Origin: Negaprion brevirostris
Taxonomy: Eukaryota
DNA: 64,000 bases
NCBI GenBank assembly: GCA_030324005.1
Contig: JARDVH010000073.1
Span: forward strand, 106,789,231 to 106,853,230
Direction: 5' to 3'
Under the pieces are notes generated by a model that worked only from the letters and a program-made list of their open reading frames with translations, made no database searches and was not told the DNA's origin. A program made the translations under genes and the position numbers. Below, one piece after another: positions 10,786-24,565 of this stretch; position 1 is the first letter of the stretch; each line of letters opens with the position of its first letter.

Positions 10786-13483
10786 AAGCAGCAATCAAAA
10801 TCCTGCTCTTCTTTTATGACTACTAAAACTTGGTTCAACATCGCACCAGAAATACAGCCCCAACCAAAATCCTAGAGTTCCTCAGCTCTGCACTCACGGA
10901 TCAACCTAGATAACATGCCCAGGAGTGGGACAAGATGGGCTGAAGCATCTCTGTGCTGTAAACTTCCATGATAATGGCTCTAAATTACAACTGAGATAAA
11001 AAATATGACCAATCTGAAAGGCTTGGTAAAATGCATTTGGATATTTGATTTACATTGCTCCAGATTAGTGTTGGCATAAAGGTGAACTTGCAATGGGAAT
11101 ACACATTTATGTAATGGGTAATTTTGCTCTGAAATTGTGCTGGTGCAGAGGAACAACAGACAACTTTCCACACACGACTGAAAACAAGATGTGTAAAACT
11201 GTTAAACTATTGAAAAGCAGCTAGCTGTTGATATTGGAAGTATTAACTTTTCAGCGTGATCCTCTAGACTGCAGAGCTCATCATCTATCAGAAATTTCAG
11301 AAGCATTTGAAAAGATATCACTTGGGAAGAATTTTTAAAGGCGTGGTATTAATAAACTGCCAGCATGAGATTCTACATGTATGCATCAAGCTTCACCCCT
11401 CCATTTATTTTCCAACGCTGGAACAGTGTGGATTTTGATGTCCATGTCTCAATACTGTCTGAGAAATAGGCTGTCACACTAATTGACTGGAATGTATGAG
11501 AGATTCAGGCACAAGGCACAATTCAAAAACATACGTCATTGCGTTTGTGTTTAGATAGATCAGAAAATGTGGCTTTGGAAGAGGATCTACAGAGCAGTGA
11601 ACAGCTATTCCATCTACAGTAAGAGTCATAGCCTTTTAATATGGGCAAAAGAACAAATTTCAGGAAAGATTTAATATCACAGGAAAGCAAGTCAAACTCA
11701 TATGGTGAATGTACAAATTTGAGACACTTTCAAGGGGTGTCTCGACAAATACATGAATAGGTTGGCAATGGAGGGATATGGTCCCCAGAAGAATAGAGTT
11801 TTTAGTTCAGTTCAGCAGCATGGTCAGTGCAGGGTTGGAGGGCCTAAGGACCTGTTCCTGTGCTGTAATTTTCTTTATTCTTTNNNNNNNNNNNNNNNNN
11901 NNNNNNNNNNNNNNNNNNNNNNNNNNNNNNNNNNNNNNNNNNNNNNNNNNNNNNNNNNNNNNNNNNNNNNNNNNNNNNNNNNNNNNNNNNNNNNNNNNNN
12001 NNNNNNNNNNNNNNNNNNNNNNNNNNNNNNNNNNNNNNNNNNNNNNNNNNNNNNNNNNNNNNNNNNNNNNNNNNNNNNNNNNNNNNNNNNNNNNNNNNNN
12101 NNNNNNNNNNNNNNNNNNNNNNNNNNNNNNNNNNNNNNNNNNNNNNNNNNNNNNNNNNNNNNNNNNNNNNNNNNNNNNNNNNNNNNNNNNNNNNNNNNNN
12201 NNNNNNNNNNNNNNNNNNNNNNNNNNNNNNNNNNNNNNNNNNNNNNNNNNNNNNNNNNNNNNNNNNNNNNNNNNNNNNNNNNNNNNNNNNNNNNNNNNNN
12301 NNNNNNNNNNNNNNNNNNNNNNNNNNNNNNNNNNNNNNNNNNNNNNNNNNNNNNNNNNNNNTTTTCTCAGACAGTGAGTAATGACAATCTGGGGTGCACT
12401 GAAGTGAAGGAAAAGCAGGTCCAATATTTAACGTGAGGGGATTGAATGAATACTTGGAAGTAGGAAAAATAGGAAGCATTTTGTCAAATCATTTGCAGCC
12501 TATAAAATTCACCATATGCTAGTTTGATTCACTTTCCAGTGATATTAGATTTTTCCTCAGACTTGTCAGTGAAATTCACTCTTGCCCAAGTTAAAAGGCC
12601 ACAGCTCGTGTGGATAGAACAGCTGAGCACTGCCGCATAAATCCTCCTCCAATGCACCAGTTTAATCCCAAATACAGTGAAACGAGAGAGTGGATGTCCA
12701 ATCAATTCCAAGAGCTGGCACAGGCATGACAGGCCAAGAGATCCCCTGAGCTGATTCGCATTCTATTATAACCACATGACTAATACTATGTGGTCATAAC
12801 TACTCAAGTTCATTATAAATATAATTATGAAATGGATATAGTGAATCTGATGTGAAATTTGCTCGATAAGTGGGCAGGACAGAAGCACTTGTTAAATTAA
12901 CCAACACTTACTGAAAAAGGAATGAAATGCAGACATTATATCAGTGTAATGTTATTTAGCAATACCTCTGGGAAAATGAATCTATTCATAAACTAAGCAG
13001 CCTTTTCAATCAAGGCATCCTAACAGGAGTTCTATTTAAAGAGTGAAACCCATCTGAAATGGCTACAATATTGGCAAGACATTGTCATCACATAGTAACA
13101 TCAGCTCATCATACTCTTCACAGCAGGTTTTCTTAAAAAGAACGAACAGGAATACATTTCTGGGGCCATTCCACACACTATCTACTCTGCAGTTTAGGGA
13201 GTGTGGGAAATTAGGTCAAAGAAATCAACAGAGACCCACATGCAGAAATTTGGCAAAGCCCTCTTCCATCCACAAATGGTGGTGCTAGCTTTCAAGGGGT
13301 CAAGACGCTGCACTGAGCAGTTTTATGCCAGCAAAAGGCAGTGGGCATCAAAGTCTTAGGCATAGCTCAGAAGTACACAAGTTCGTGATTCTTTAGTCTT
13401 GAGGCGACTATATACCCTTAAGACAAGCAATTTAAAAACAATGAGGAGGTCCCTGTTGCAGTCTCAAATATAGAAAGAAATAT

Positions 13484-13670
13484 GGCTGAAATTTTCCACG
13501 CCTTCCCACCAGTGGGATTTTCCAGTCTCACCAATGGTGACACCCCCCACGGCGAATTTACTGGTGGCAGGGCTAGCAACAACGTAAAGCACTGTTGTCA
13601 TCAACAGAAATAAAAGATCCTGTCGCCAGCCAATGGTGAGCCGCTTCTGCCGGAGAAACTATTTCCCCGT
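13484..13670. mobile_element. MITE-like element
   Basis: ggctgaaattttcc terminus; internal reverse similarity to 32642-32815. Confidence 0.55.
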
Positions 13671-13694
13671 TGTGTGCATAAATTAAGATCAAGG

Positions 13695-14001
13695 ACATAA
13701 GAACATAAGAAATAGGAGCAGGAATAGGCCTGCCCCACCATTCAACAAGATTATGGCTGATCTGAAGTGGATCAGTTCCACTTTCCCGCTTTCTCCCCAT
13801 AACCCTTAATTCCCNNNNNNNNNNNNNNNNNNNNNNNNNNNNNNNNNNNNNNNNNNNNNNNNNNNNNNNNNNNNNNNNNNNNNNNNNNNNNNNNNNNNNN
13901 NNNNNNNNNNNNNNATCTCTGGTATCAGCCTAATGAACCTTCTCTGCACTCCCTCCAAGGCCAATATATCCTTCCACAAATGCAGCGACCAAAACTGCAC
14001 A
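13695..14001 (-). mobile_element. CR1 LINE 3' fragment
   Basis: QFWSLHLWKDILALEGVQRRFIRLIP; (cataagaa)n tail. Confidence 0.9.
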
Positions 14002-15525
14002 TGGCAGATCTGACAGATTATTGTCCAAGTTGGATGGGCCAGTGATGTTCTTCAGCTGTGGTTCTGCCTCTCAGCCATTTCTATTCAAGTATCAAGTAGC
14101 CAATTAGGCCAACTAAGGGTCTATTAAGGCCATTCTCCACACTTCCACTAGAATTTTCTCACTGTCAAGTGGGCCAGTTGACAGTGATGGGGATAACCTC
14201 CCAGTGGCAGACTGACGCTGAGGAAGCACTCTGTTCTGCTCAAAACCAACATCTCCTCCTACTTTGCCCAATCTCTCTATAGGGCTGCTGTCGATAGTCC
14301 CTCCATGACAACAATCACGCAGTTGTGAAATTGTGTGTTTCAAAATTTAGAAGAGCACTTCAGACAGTTTCTCCATCATTACTTAGATGGTGAGCATGCA
14401 TCCTGGTCATCAATTGACCTGCTCACCAAAAATCACATCAGAAATCAAGCAGCAACACTGGGTTGCAACTTAGAAATGCATGAGATGTTCTCATGGTGCA
14501 GTCACCAGAATTAAAATCCTGCCCGTACTCTAGGTTAGAACTAGGCAATTCAAAACAATGTCAAGGAACAATTTTTCACAAAAAGGCTAGCAGAAATCTG
14601 AAATTTGCTCCTCAAAAAACATGGATGCTAGGCAATTGGAGATTTCAGAATTGTGGATGATGTGTCTGCGTTAGGTAAAGGGATATGGAGCAAAGATACA
14701 AAATAGCATTGATGCAGATCAATGAACTGAGAATATTGGAATAGACTCAAGGTGTTGAGTGATCTTGTACAAATTTCTAATCTGAGAGATTGGTCAGATC
14801 CTGAAAAAAGTGGACAGATGCACAGTACAAATAAAAAAAGGTGCAATCAGGTTAGAACAACTTGCTGAGATAACCCCAAAACAGGATCAGATCAATAAAG
14901 CAGAACACCTTTAAACTGAAGACAGATCTAAGAGTCCTGTTTAAATGTCAAAACTCTAAATATTTATAGATTATAAAAGGGAGGTAGAAAAGAGATTGTA
15001 CAAGTCAAAGATTAGTTGCTCCACAGTTATGAAGGCACAAGTCAGATATTCTTCTACCCAAAGAGCCTCCTGACCTCTGTTGAATTCAGCATTGTTTGAA
15101 AGTCAAGTCTAAGATCATTATTCTACTCACCCAGAATGACAAATTCTCATCATACCCACTATTTTAGTGACATTAACATAACGACTCATGCAAATGAAAG
15201 TAAGGGGAGAGTGGATCCCAAGCAGGATGCTAAGGAAAGTGAAGGACAGAATGGAGGAACTTATTTTAAAAAAGGCAAAAAAAAGTGCAAGTTGAGGAGT
15301 TTTGAAAGGAATTCAAGGACGTGGGCACAAAACATTAGAGCAGAGCAAGCAGTGAATGGTATCATTACCAAAGAAAGTAACATGTTCATGGAAAATTTTT
15401 CAAACTTACAAGACAGAGAATGGTGACATTGACTATGTTGAGCAAACACCTGATCATCTTTTTGTGGCTCACCCAGAAAAAAGTACATAGATGCATCACA
15501 GTGCAATTTGAAGAAACATACTCAC

Positions 15526-15671
15526 TCATTTCCATGTATTCTGGAGTTAGACCTGCAAATGGCTCCAAATTGTAATCAATTTCGTATTGCCGTGGTATCT
15601 TGGAGTTTTTATCAGTTTCCAATTTGGCCTCTCTTTTTGCCTTTATATATCGTATAAGCTTCTTCAGCTTC
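15526..15671 (-). CDS. ANO1: Anoctamin exon (146 nt): (P)KLKKLIRYIKAKREAKLETDKNSKIPRQYEIDYNLEPFAGLTPEYMEM
   Basis: cctgtttcag|G acceptor, ATGA|gtgagt donor; EYMEM Ca2+-binding motif; overlaps ORF 15386..15622. Confidence 0.97.
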
Positions 15672-18600
15672 CTGAAACAGGAAATACAGATCTAATATTA
15701 AAACTGGCACATATCCACTGAAAACAGATCCAAGTCTCAACAGCATGGCACACTGGCGTATCAAGGACATAACTTCTTGCCCATCACTTCCCATTGTTGG
15801 AGATATTTGTACATGTAAAAATACCATCAGGATGCAGGTTAAGATTGCATTCATCCCTAGTTGCTTGCTGAGCCACTTGAGGGATAGAGTGTGAACCCAG
15901 AAGTTATTTGGAGTTCAGAGATGGTAGATGTGACCATTTCTTTTCCCTGGCTCATTAGTGAGCCAGGTAAACCTTTATGACAAAAGATTTTGCATTTCTT
16001 TTCCTCCCACACCAAATGATCCCAACGTACGTTTGAGTGGCACAGCAGTTAGNNNNNNNNNNNNNNNNNNNNNNNNNNNNNNNNNNNNNNNNNNNNNNNN
16101 NNNNNNNNNNNNNNNNNNNNNNNNNNNNNNNNNNNNNNNNNNNNNNNNNNNNNNNNNNNNNNNNNNNNNNNNNNNNNNNNNNNNNNNNNNNNNNNNNNNN
16201 NNNNNNNNNNNNNNNNNNNNNNNNNNNNNNNNNNNNNNGGGGGGGTGCGGGGGCGAGTGGGAAATGAAGAAACAGCAAGTTCAACTTACACCTCATGAGA
16301 GTTGACTGAAAGTTGTATTAAAAAAAGAAAGAGCTTGACCATTGGTTTGGTAGAGGAAGTGGGAAGATTGCTAAATTGAACATATTGTTTGTATTCAATA
16401 AACAAAATGCATAACACAAATGCAATGAAATTATATTTTATAAACAGAAATCTGTAAAAATGCTCCTCAGCAGAAGCCAACCAGAAATCCCATTGGGAAA
16501 ATGTTAGACTAAAAGATCAAGCCAGGATATATGACTGGTGTCGCAGAACAAACTTGCTTTATCTTAGAAGTCTTAATTGACGTCTAATCAGTCTTTTATG
16601 TCAGGGTGACTGAGTTGAGGAAGAGTATTCCTGCCTGAAATGATTATCTAAAATGCAGCAGGATAGCGACCTACTCAGCATCCTCTGGTGATAGGGGGTG
16701 GTAACTGTAAGCTGATGAGGGGGACAAAAAAATTGTTTGAGCCTTTAAAATGTATATTCTTGACATTTCATTTTGTACAAAAATTAATAGAAGGTAAATC
16801 AATGAATTTATCAAGGCAACAGAAAACTATGTACATCTGATTCTAGCCTTTAGAAGCAGCTGAATGGATTGCAGCCAAACTAAACAATTTGGGAACTGCA
16901 ATCTCAAATTACTGAACACTCACATGAACACTATAACAAAGTATCTTCTTAACCTGCATGTTTTTGTCAAACTCTCTCTGCTCATTGCTCCTGGGAGCTG
17001 CATTGAATGTAAATTTAGCTTCTTGATTTACGATGTTGTAACTCTTTTCTTGGTCAGAGAATCTGGTTCATTTTCCTCCATTAACAATCCATATTCAAAT
17101 ATGTAAATAATATTGATGATTTATAGATGCTCAAATACTTCAAGTTACTTTTGTCTTAAGTGCTGGAGGCAATGCTGGAAAGTTCATTCAGGTATCTACA
17201 CTTGAATCATAATATTATCTGCTCTCCATTCTCTTGGTGGGGTGACAGGGGAGCACAGAGGGAAGAAAAAGACAATGAACTTGGAGTAACAAGCGAACAT
17301 TCAGCCATATTTTAGTGAGCGACGTGTAGTTACAAAGGAAACTGCATTACACCGTCAGTCTGGTTTAAAACGATGATTGAGATTACCAGATAAAGGTACA
17401 GGCCTGATTTTAACCCTTGCCACTAAGATTGTTAGATCAAGTCTGCCTCTTTAATTTAGGGTAACATGAAGTGGGTTGAGAAACCGGTTTTGTAGTCTGC
17501 CCAATGACAGGCGAGGGTGAGGAGGTTGAAGATTAAGGGACAGCCAGCTTGTTTCGCTGCTGCCATGTTTAGGACAGGACAGTCATAAGCTTTCAGTCAA
17601 CACTGCTAAAAAAGGACACAAGTGTCATGTCAGTGTAACTGTCACAATTTATGTCACTTTATGCATTTTGAGTACAGACAGTTATCAAGTTTCTGGCTAA
17701 TACTCAAGTAAACACAGACATAGGTGAGGGACCTCACAGCTGTTTGTGGGACTCACATCTCAATTAAGAATGGACCAATACCTAAAGAAGTTTAAGGAGT
17801 TTCCAGACAGCCTGTTTTTATGTTTCTTACTGGAGAAAAAGGGAAGATCAAAACTCAATGGCTGTTATCAACTTCCATTGAATCAGAATGGCCTCCACCA
17901 TACAAACTACACTGTGTGAATATCAGAACTGTCAACACAGCAAATCACATGATTGAAACTGGTGTCAGGCACTGCACCCTCATTATCCCAGCACTCAGGA
18001 GACCCACCAGAACCATGAGTTGTCAGCCAGCCTGAGAACCAGATTCTCAAACTAGTTTCAAGGCATCAAACTGCCAAAAGTATGTAAAGTTATTCTAGTT
18101 TTGAAGTTCACCCAAGAACCAGCCAATCTCAATATATATAGTTACACAAAACCTCAGAAGCTGCTGCAAATACTTCACTTAAAGATCCTCACCAACATTA
18201 AACCATCAAATCCATTCAAGAAACCAAACATTTGCCATGGGACCAGAAATTGAGGATGAATTAACAGTGATTTGTAAAAAGCTTAGTATCCTCATTTGCC
18301 GTCAGTACATGACATGAGTTAATTTAGAGTGTATGTAAGAATAATCTTTGCTTTAAACTCAATGTTTGCTGAATTATTAATTGGAATATACACTCCAACA
18401 GTAAGGAGACAACTCTATTTAAATCAATGATTTTGGGCAGCTAGAGAAAATACATTTTGCCTGTGACACTGGAGAACATGCAAGGTTTTCACTTCACACT
18501 GAGACAATAGCAGGGGCGTCTGTGATCAGTGATTAGACTGAGGGGGCAACTTTGAACCTGTGTTCGCCATGAGCTTAAATGGTGTAGCCAAACAGGCCAT

Positions 18601-20209
18601 CTAAATGGCGTTTTGTAAAGCACTCTGGGACAACTGGGCAAGAAACTAAACTGACAGGCTGCAGTTTAAAGACAGACAANNNNNNNNNNNNNNNNNNNNN
18701 NNNNNNNNNNNNNNNNNNNNNNNNNNNNNNNNNNNNNNNNNNNNNNNNNNNNNNNNNNNNNNNNNNNNNNNNNNNNNNNAAATATTGTTTGTACTAATAA
18801 GACGTCTACTCAAAGTTATTTGTCCATCGTATAAGGGTTAAAACAGACTGATTTTTTACAACAATGGTGATGCAGGCCCAAAGCCTCAAGAGTTGGGAAA
18901 TGAGATTCTCACTGGTGAGATCTTGTTTTCCAATTTGTCCTGTCCCTTGGTGCTGATGTAACAAGGTTCCTGCCCTCAGTTAAATACATTAAAATCTAGT
19001 TGAAAGCCTTTCCCACCACACTCACAGCAGTTGAAGAGTTACCCCCTCTAATTGGTGAGGTTTAAAACAGCTTTTGAAAAATGGGAAGCAATTGAGGGGA
19101 ACACTTTGGGGTGCAAAGGTGAGCATAGTTTCTGGGGAAGCAGCATATGTCCTGGCAATAACATAGCACCAGCCCCTAACAGTGCCAACCCAGCAATGCT
19201 GGGGTTGGCTCTCCTCAGAGACCTTTCCCACCCCAACTTGATTTTGCCCAGATATACAGTAATACGATTGGTTTGCTGTTCCCCAAACATTCATTACCTT
19301 CAGCTGCCAAACTAAATGGACAAAGATTTGTACAAATGGACATATTACACCACACAGCCCATATTTGGATATAACTTTCAGCATTTTAGCACAAAACCAG
19401 TCATCTAGAAAGACTGGAGAAGCTGGGGTGCTTTTTCTCCTTGAGAGAGTCAGTAGCTAAAGGACAGATTTCAGATAATTGGCAAAACAGAGTGGAGATG
19501 AAGAATTTTCAGATATACTGCAGTTGTGATTTGAATGTACTGTCCGAAAAAGGTGGAAACAGTGGATTCACTATTAATCTTCGAGGGGGAATGGGATACA
19601 TACTTGGAAAAGGAAATACATACATAGTTGTGAGGAAAGAGTTGGGGAAGGGTCTAATTGGATATTGGCACACACATAATAAACCAAGGGTCTCTTTCTA
19701 TGCTGCAAAATTCTCTGATATGCTTATGGCATGAGGAGAGCAAGTTATAGCTTTGTTTGATGGCTTCCAACAAGTTCAAGAACAATGCAATGAAGCACAA
19801 TGAACCTACTTGGCTCAATGTTATCTTGTGGTTTTTCCTGTCTGGACAGTGACCCACTCATTTGGTATGTGAAGAATGAAGAAATGAGAAATAATGCTTT
19901 TTAGGTTAAGTATTTTTCTTGTTCAAAATGTACTGATTTAATTGTAAGTGCTGATGATATCACAGGAACTGGCTGGGCCAGGTCACTGTTTGGCAACCAA
20001 AGCTGAAATAACATGCACAAGGAGACAAGATTCCTGAGATGAGATGAAATGAAATGAATGGATGTTAAATCAACAGCTTTTTACAATGATGCGCTATGAC
20101 TCTTCATAACCATTTTCTCAACAATACGTCCATTCTAAACAAAACTATCTAGCAATTCAGTAAAATGCAAAAAAGCTGATAAATGGCCTTTCATAAATTT
20201 ACAGAATAC

Positions 20210-20672
20210 TGCAGTGCAGAAGGCACCCTTCAGCCCACTGAATCTACACAGTGCATGAAATACCCTGACCTGCCCACCTAATCCCACTTGCCAGCACTTG
20301 GTCCATAGCCTTGAATGTTATGGCGTGCCAAGTACTCATCCAGGTAACTTTTAAAAGATGAGGCTTCCACCACCCCCCCACCCCCAAGCAGTGCATTCCA
20401 GAACATCACCACCCTCTGAGTAAGNNNNNNNNNNNNNNNNNNNNNNNNNNNNNNNNNNNNNNNNNNNNNNNNNNNNNNNNNNNNNNNNNNNNNNNNNNNN
20501 NNNNNNNNNNNNNNNNNNNNNNNNATTTTTCCTCAAATCCCCCCTAAACCTCTCACTTTTAACTTGTGTGCCTTTATAACTGACTTTTCCACTAAGAGGA
20601 ACAGCTGCTCCCTATCCACTCTGCCCATGTCCCTCAATCTTGAACACCTCAAATTAGGTCACCTCTCAGCCT
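20210..20672 (-). mobile_element. CR1 LINE 3' fragment
   Basis: Homologous to 41880-42310 (cacttggtccatagccttgaatgttatg; cagtgcattccaga; ggtcacctctcagcct). Confidence 0.8.
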
Positions 20673-21677
20673 TCATTTAATAGAAGTCTTTCTATATAGT
20701 TTGAGTTGGGAGGTTCAGCAAGGTAGAACATCTGTTACTGACCTCACCCCCATACCATCACAATAGATACTTACATAAAATCAGGACAAGGGTTGTGTAG
20801 CTTCAGCAGTGCAGTAAGGACACCTAAGTCATGGAAGGTGGCATCTTGCTACTTCAAGACCAAAAACCAAATGGGGCCAAAGAAAAGAGGCAATATTCTC
20901 AATTTTTCAGATGAGATAATGGGCTGCTTAGAAACTGCAGTCACTCAGTCAAATTGCTATACACTTGTGGATGAAAAGGCCCCAGTGGGACCAAAGCTTG
21001 TAGGCCCCACTGGACAGAATTCCCAAGTTTGTCTTCCAAATAGTCTCTTTATATTGATGGATCTAACAGCACCCAGGTTGCACTGAATTTATAGCACCAA
21101 CCCAAATACCATGGTTACCTGCTCTGGAGAGTTCCTTCCCTTCCTTGAAAAGCACTAATGCAAATAGATGACATTTGACACAGGACAGTGGAATTTAAAC
21201 TCAAATACGCTTTCAATAATTCATGGTGGTAAATGAATTATGGTGAGCTCTGCAAATGAATTATGGATCATACAACAAGGCCCTTCAATGTATGCCCTAT
21301 TTTGACTACTTCAACCAAGTATTAAAATGATAAATTATGATGGACAATTAGCTTGATGTGGCCATCAAACCTCTTTATTCCATGCCACACAAATCTGTCA
21401 AGTCTCATGGTCAACTTTATAAAAAGATATGCATTTAACTGACTATAAAGCATACTGATTAACATATTGCTTTTGGTGGCACACTGGAATATAGAGATAA
21501 AACTTGGGTCATCATGCAAAATGGATAGGGTCACATCTTTCACCGTTATATACCCGGGCATACAACAGAGTCCTGTTGACTTCAGTGGAATATGAGGCAG
21601 GGTGTATAACAGAAGGCCGATATGATAGATCCATTAGGTATTGTTTCCCAAGAGCAATTTCTATCCTGTTAACACTT

Positions 21678-22022
21678 GGGCACCATAGTTGTTATCACCA
21701 CTGCCTCACCAGCACCAGGGAACCTGGTTCGATTCCAGCTTTGGGTGACTGTCTGTATGGAGTTTGCATGTTCTTGTCGTGTCTGCATGATTTCCTCCAG
21801 GTGCTCTGGTTTCCTCCCATAGGTTTGCAGGTTAGGTGGACTGGCCATTGTAAAATTGTCCCTGAGTATTTACAGATATGTTAGGTGGATTAGCCATGGC
21901 AAATGCACAGGGCTAAGGGGATAGGATGGAGGGCTGTACCTGAGTAAGATGCTCTTTTGGAGATCTGATGCAGACTTGATTAGGTCAAATGGCCTCCTTT
22001 TTCACTGTAGTGATTCTATGAT
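21678..22022 (+). mobile_element. HE1-type V-SINE
   Basis: ctgcctcaccagcaccagggaacctggttcgattcc head, V core, gattctatga tail. Confidence 0.88.
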
Positions 22023-22219
22023 ATCTGGCAAAGGCCAGATAACAGGTTGACTGCCTAATCTCATAACATGTACATGAAGCATATGATGTGGACTCAAAGT
22101 TTGGAAGGGAAATAACAGCTATCAAAAAATATACAAACAAAAAACATCCTTTCAAGCAATTTATCCACAATCTTACGTCCTTCGCCAGTACGTTCAGTAT
22201 ATAAAATTTCACCACTTAC

Positions 22220-22320
22220 GGAATGCCTATTTCAAACAGGTTGTTCTGAATCAGTTGTTTGCCCAACATGATGATGCTGAGTTGAATGCAGAGTTCCATC
22301 AAGCAGCCTCCAGGAGCACA
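22220..22320 (-). CDS. ANO1: Anoctamin exon (101 nt, TM6): [33 protein letters not shown](P)
   Basis: ttcttgtctag|TGT acceptor, TCC|gtaagt donor; includes the Ca2+-site N and E residues of TM6. Confidence 0.97.
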
Positions 22321-22418
22321 CTAGACAAGAAACAAGACAAAATTCAATTATGTCTTGGACCAGCTTTAAGCTGTACTTATATTTCAGTGGGGGGGGGGGG
22401 GGAAATCAAATCACTTGC

Positions 22419-22476
22419 CTCTTCCATTCTCATATGCCGAAAGATATAAGTATATTTTCCAGGTCGACCCGCAAAC
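22419..22476 (-). CDS. ANO1: Anoctamin exon (58 nt): (R)FAGRPGKYTYIFRHMRMEE, non-canonical GC donor
   Basis: ttttcttctag|G acceptor; donor GAG|gcaagt; only the GC donor keeps frame with the next exon. Confidence 0.94.
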
Positions 22477-22649
22477 CTAGAAGAAAATACTTACAATGAA
22501 AAGATACAATGTCAAATAATAATTAGATCAAAAAGAATCTTAAACTCAAAAAAGGTGAACATTGATTTAAGAGCATTAAATGCTCATTATAAATTGATTT
22601 TCACCTCCACCAGCAACCCCATCCATCCCAACCTCAATATTGTTCCTTC

Positions 22650-23215
22650 AAAATTATTCATCCATGGGATGTGGGCATCACCAATAAGGCCTGAATTATT
22701 GCCCTTAAGGTGATAGCCACCTTTAACCAAGCAGTCTGTGCTCTTGGGGAGCTCCAGGATTTTAACTTATCAAAAAGCAATGCGTACATTTCCAAGTCAG
22801 GCTGCTATTAGGGGAACTTGCAGGTGGTAGCACACACCTTCCACCTACCGCCCTTCCAGATGGTAGATGTTGAGTGTTTGGAAGGTGCTGCCACCAATGC
22901 CTTGAGTGGCTGCAGGGCATCCCATAGACAAAGAACACTGATGCCATGGTGGATTAGAAAGTTAATGACTCACTTGATTAAGCAGACTGCTTTGCATCCT
23001 GGCACTTGTATTTCAAATGTTACTGATCACTCATCAGTCAAAACCTAAATGTTGTCCAGATCTTGCTGCGCATGGGCACCAAATACTGTATTACCCGAGC
23101 AATTGCAAATTGAGCTGAACACTTTAATCATCAGTGAACATTCCCACTTTCAGGCATAAGACAGCAGGAAGTAGCTGAAAATGATAGATCCCAAGATACT
23201 GCCTTGAGGGCACAA
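22650..23215 (-). mobile_element. Decayed 3' fragment of the LINE that shares its tail with family A SINE
   Basis: attcatccatgggatgtgggcatc..ggcctgaattattgccc tail; tttccaagtcagg..ggggaacttgcaggtggt as in 58255-58740. Confidence 0.7.
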
Positions 23216-23350
23216 TTTTAAGATTTCACATTATTTTTGACTACAACGCCAACCACTCTGACTATACTGGGCTTTTATTGCGTCACCAAGTTCCAACTAG
23301 GTTCCATCACACAGTGTAATGCTCATGTGAAAACTACCCAAATCACTCAC

Positions 23351-23462
23351 CTGCCTTTGAAAAATGCAACATAAAAGATTGGGGTGTAGGCATTCACAAA
23401 CTTCAGCAGAAAAGCCTTAAAAATTAATTTTTCTTCAAAATTTTTATCCGTTTTGGGAATCT
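23351..23462 (-). CDS. ANO1: Anoctamin exon (112 nt, TM5): (E)[36 protein letters not shown](R)
   Basis: ccactacag|AG acceptor, CAG|gtgagt donor; phase 1 to phase 2. Confidence 0.97.
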
Positions 23463-23730
23463 CTGTAGTGGGGATAGAACAGAAATGGAGTCAATATTTG
23501 GCAAACAAACAGCAATTGATGATATCTGACTAATACATTGCTGCAACATCTCACAGGAACTATTCCAATGCTCTCCTGGCCCAGACCCCCACACAGTCTC
23601 CCTTCCATAAAACTTCAGCATGAGCGCGATTTCTGCAATGTGCAAATGGTTCAAATTCAACTAATCTCAGAGTCCTTTAAGTTAATTCCCCATTAGGGAA
23701 CACTAAAGCCTTAAAAAAGGAAAACGCTAT

Positions 23731-23869
23731 GGGTGGAATTTTCCCATTCCTCACCCACCCACCTCCCCACCATGGGCATCATAGCAGTGGGATAGGACCA
23801 CGCAAAGGTCCACTGACTTGAGGCATGATTTTCTGGTCTTGGGGTAAGCACAATTGTAAAATCCCAACC
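23731..23869. mobile_element. MITE with 3-bp TSD (TAT)
   Basis: tat|gggtggaattttccc ... gtaaaatcccaacc|tat. Confidence 0.75.
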
Positions 23870-23911
23870 TATGACTCAGTAACTAAAAATTGGAACTCTT
23901 CTCAGGTACTA

Positions 23912-24565
23912 GAGGGAAGACAGTGGTGTTGTAGTAACGTCACTGGACAAGTCATTCAGAGGCCCAGGCTAATGCTCGAGGAACATGAGTTCAAATCTCA
24001 CCATAGCATCTGGTGAAATTTTAATGCAATTAAATCTGGAATCATAATGCTAGTCTCAGTAATAGTGACCTTGGCCATCAATCTTGTGAAAACCTGTTAC
24101 ACTCAGGAAGGAAATCTGCCATCCTCACCTGGTCTGGCCTACACAACTCCAGACCCACAATGATTTGACTCTTAACCCTTTGCCCCTCTGAAATGGCCCA
24201 ACAAGCCACTCAGTCCAAGGGCAATTAAGGATGGCAACAAATGCTGACATTGCCACCATGCTGCTTACTGGCAAAGTGGTTAGCACTGCTGCTTCTGTGC
24301 CAGGGACTGAGGTTCAATTTCTGGCTTGGGTCAGTGTGTAGTTTGCACATTCTCCCTGCGTCTGCGTGGGTTTCCTCCAGATGCTCTGGTTTCCTCCCAC
24401 AGTCTGAAACACGTGCTGGTTAGGTGCATTGACATGAACAGGCGCTGGAGTGTGGTGACTGGGAGAATTTCACAGTAACTTCATTGCAGTGTTAATGTAA
24501 GCCTTATTTGGGACTAATAAATTAAAACATTGCCAGGATGCCTACATCTCATGAAAGAATAAAAA
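23912..24565 (+). mobile_element. Family A SINE with nested tail-B V-SINE (~24256-24526)
   Basis: Insert flanked by exact 9-bp direct repeat acattgcca at 24247-24255 and 24527-24535. Confidence 0.88.
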
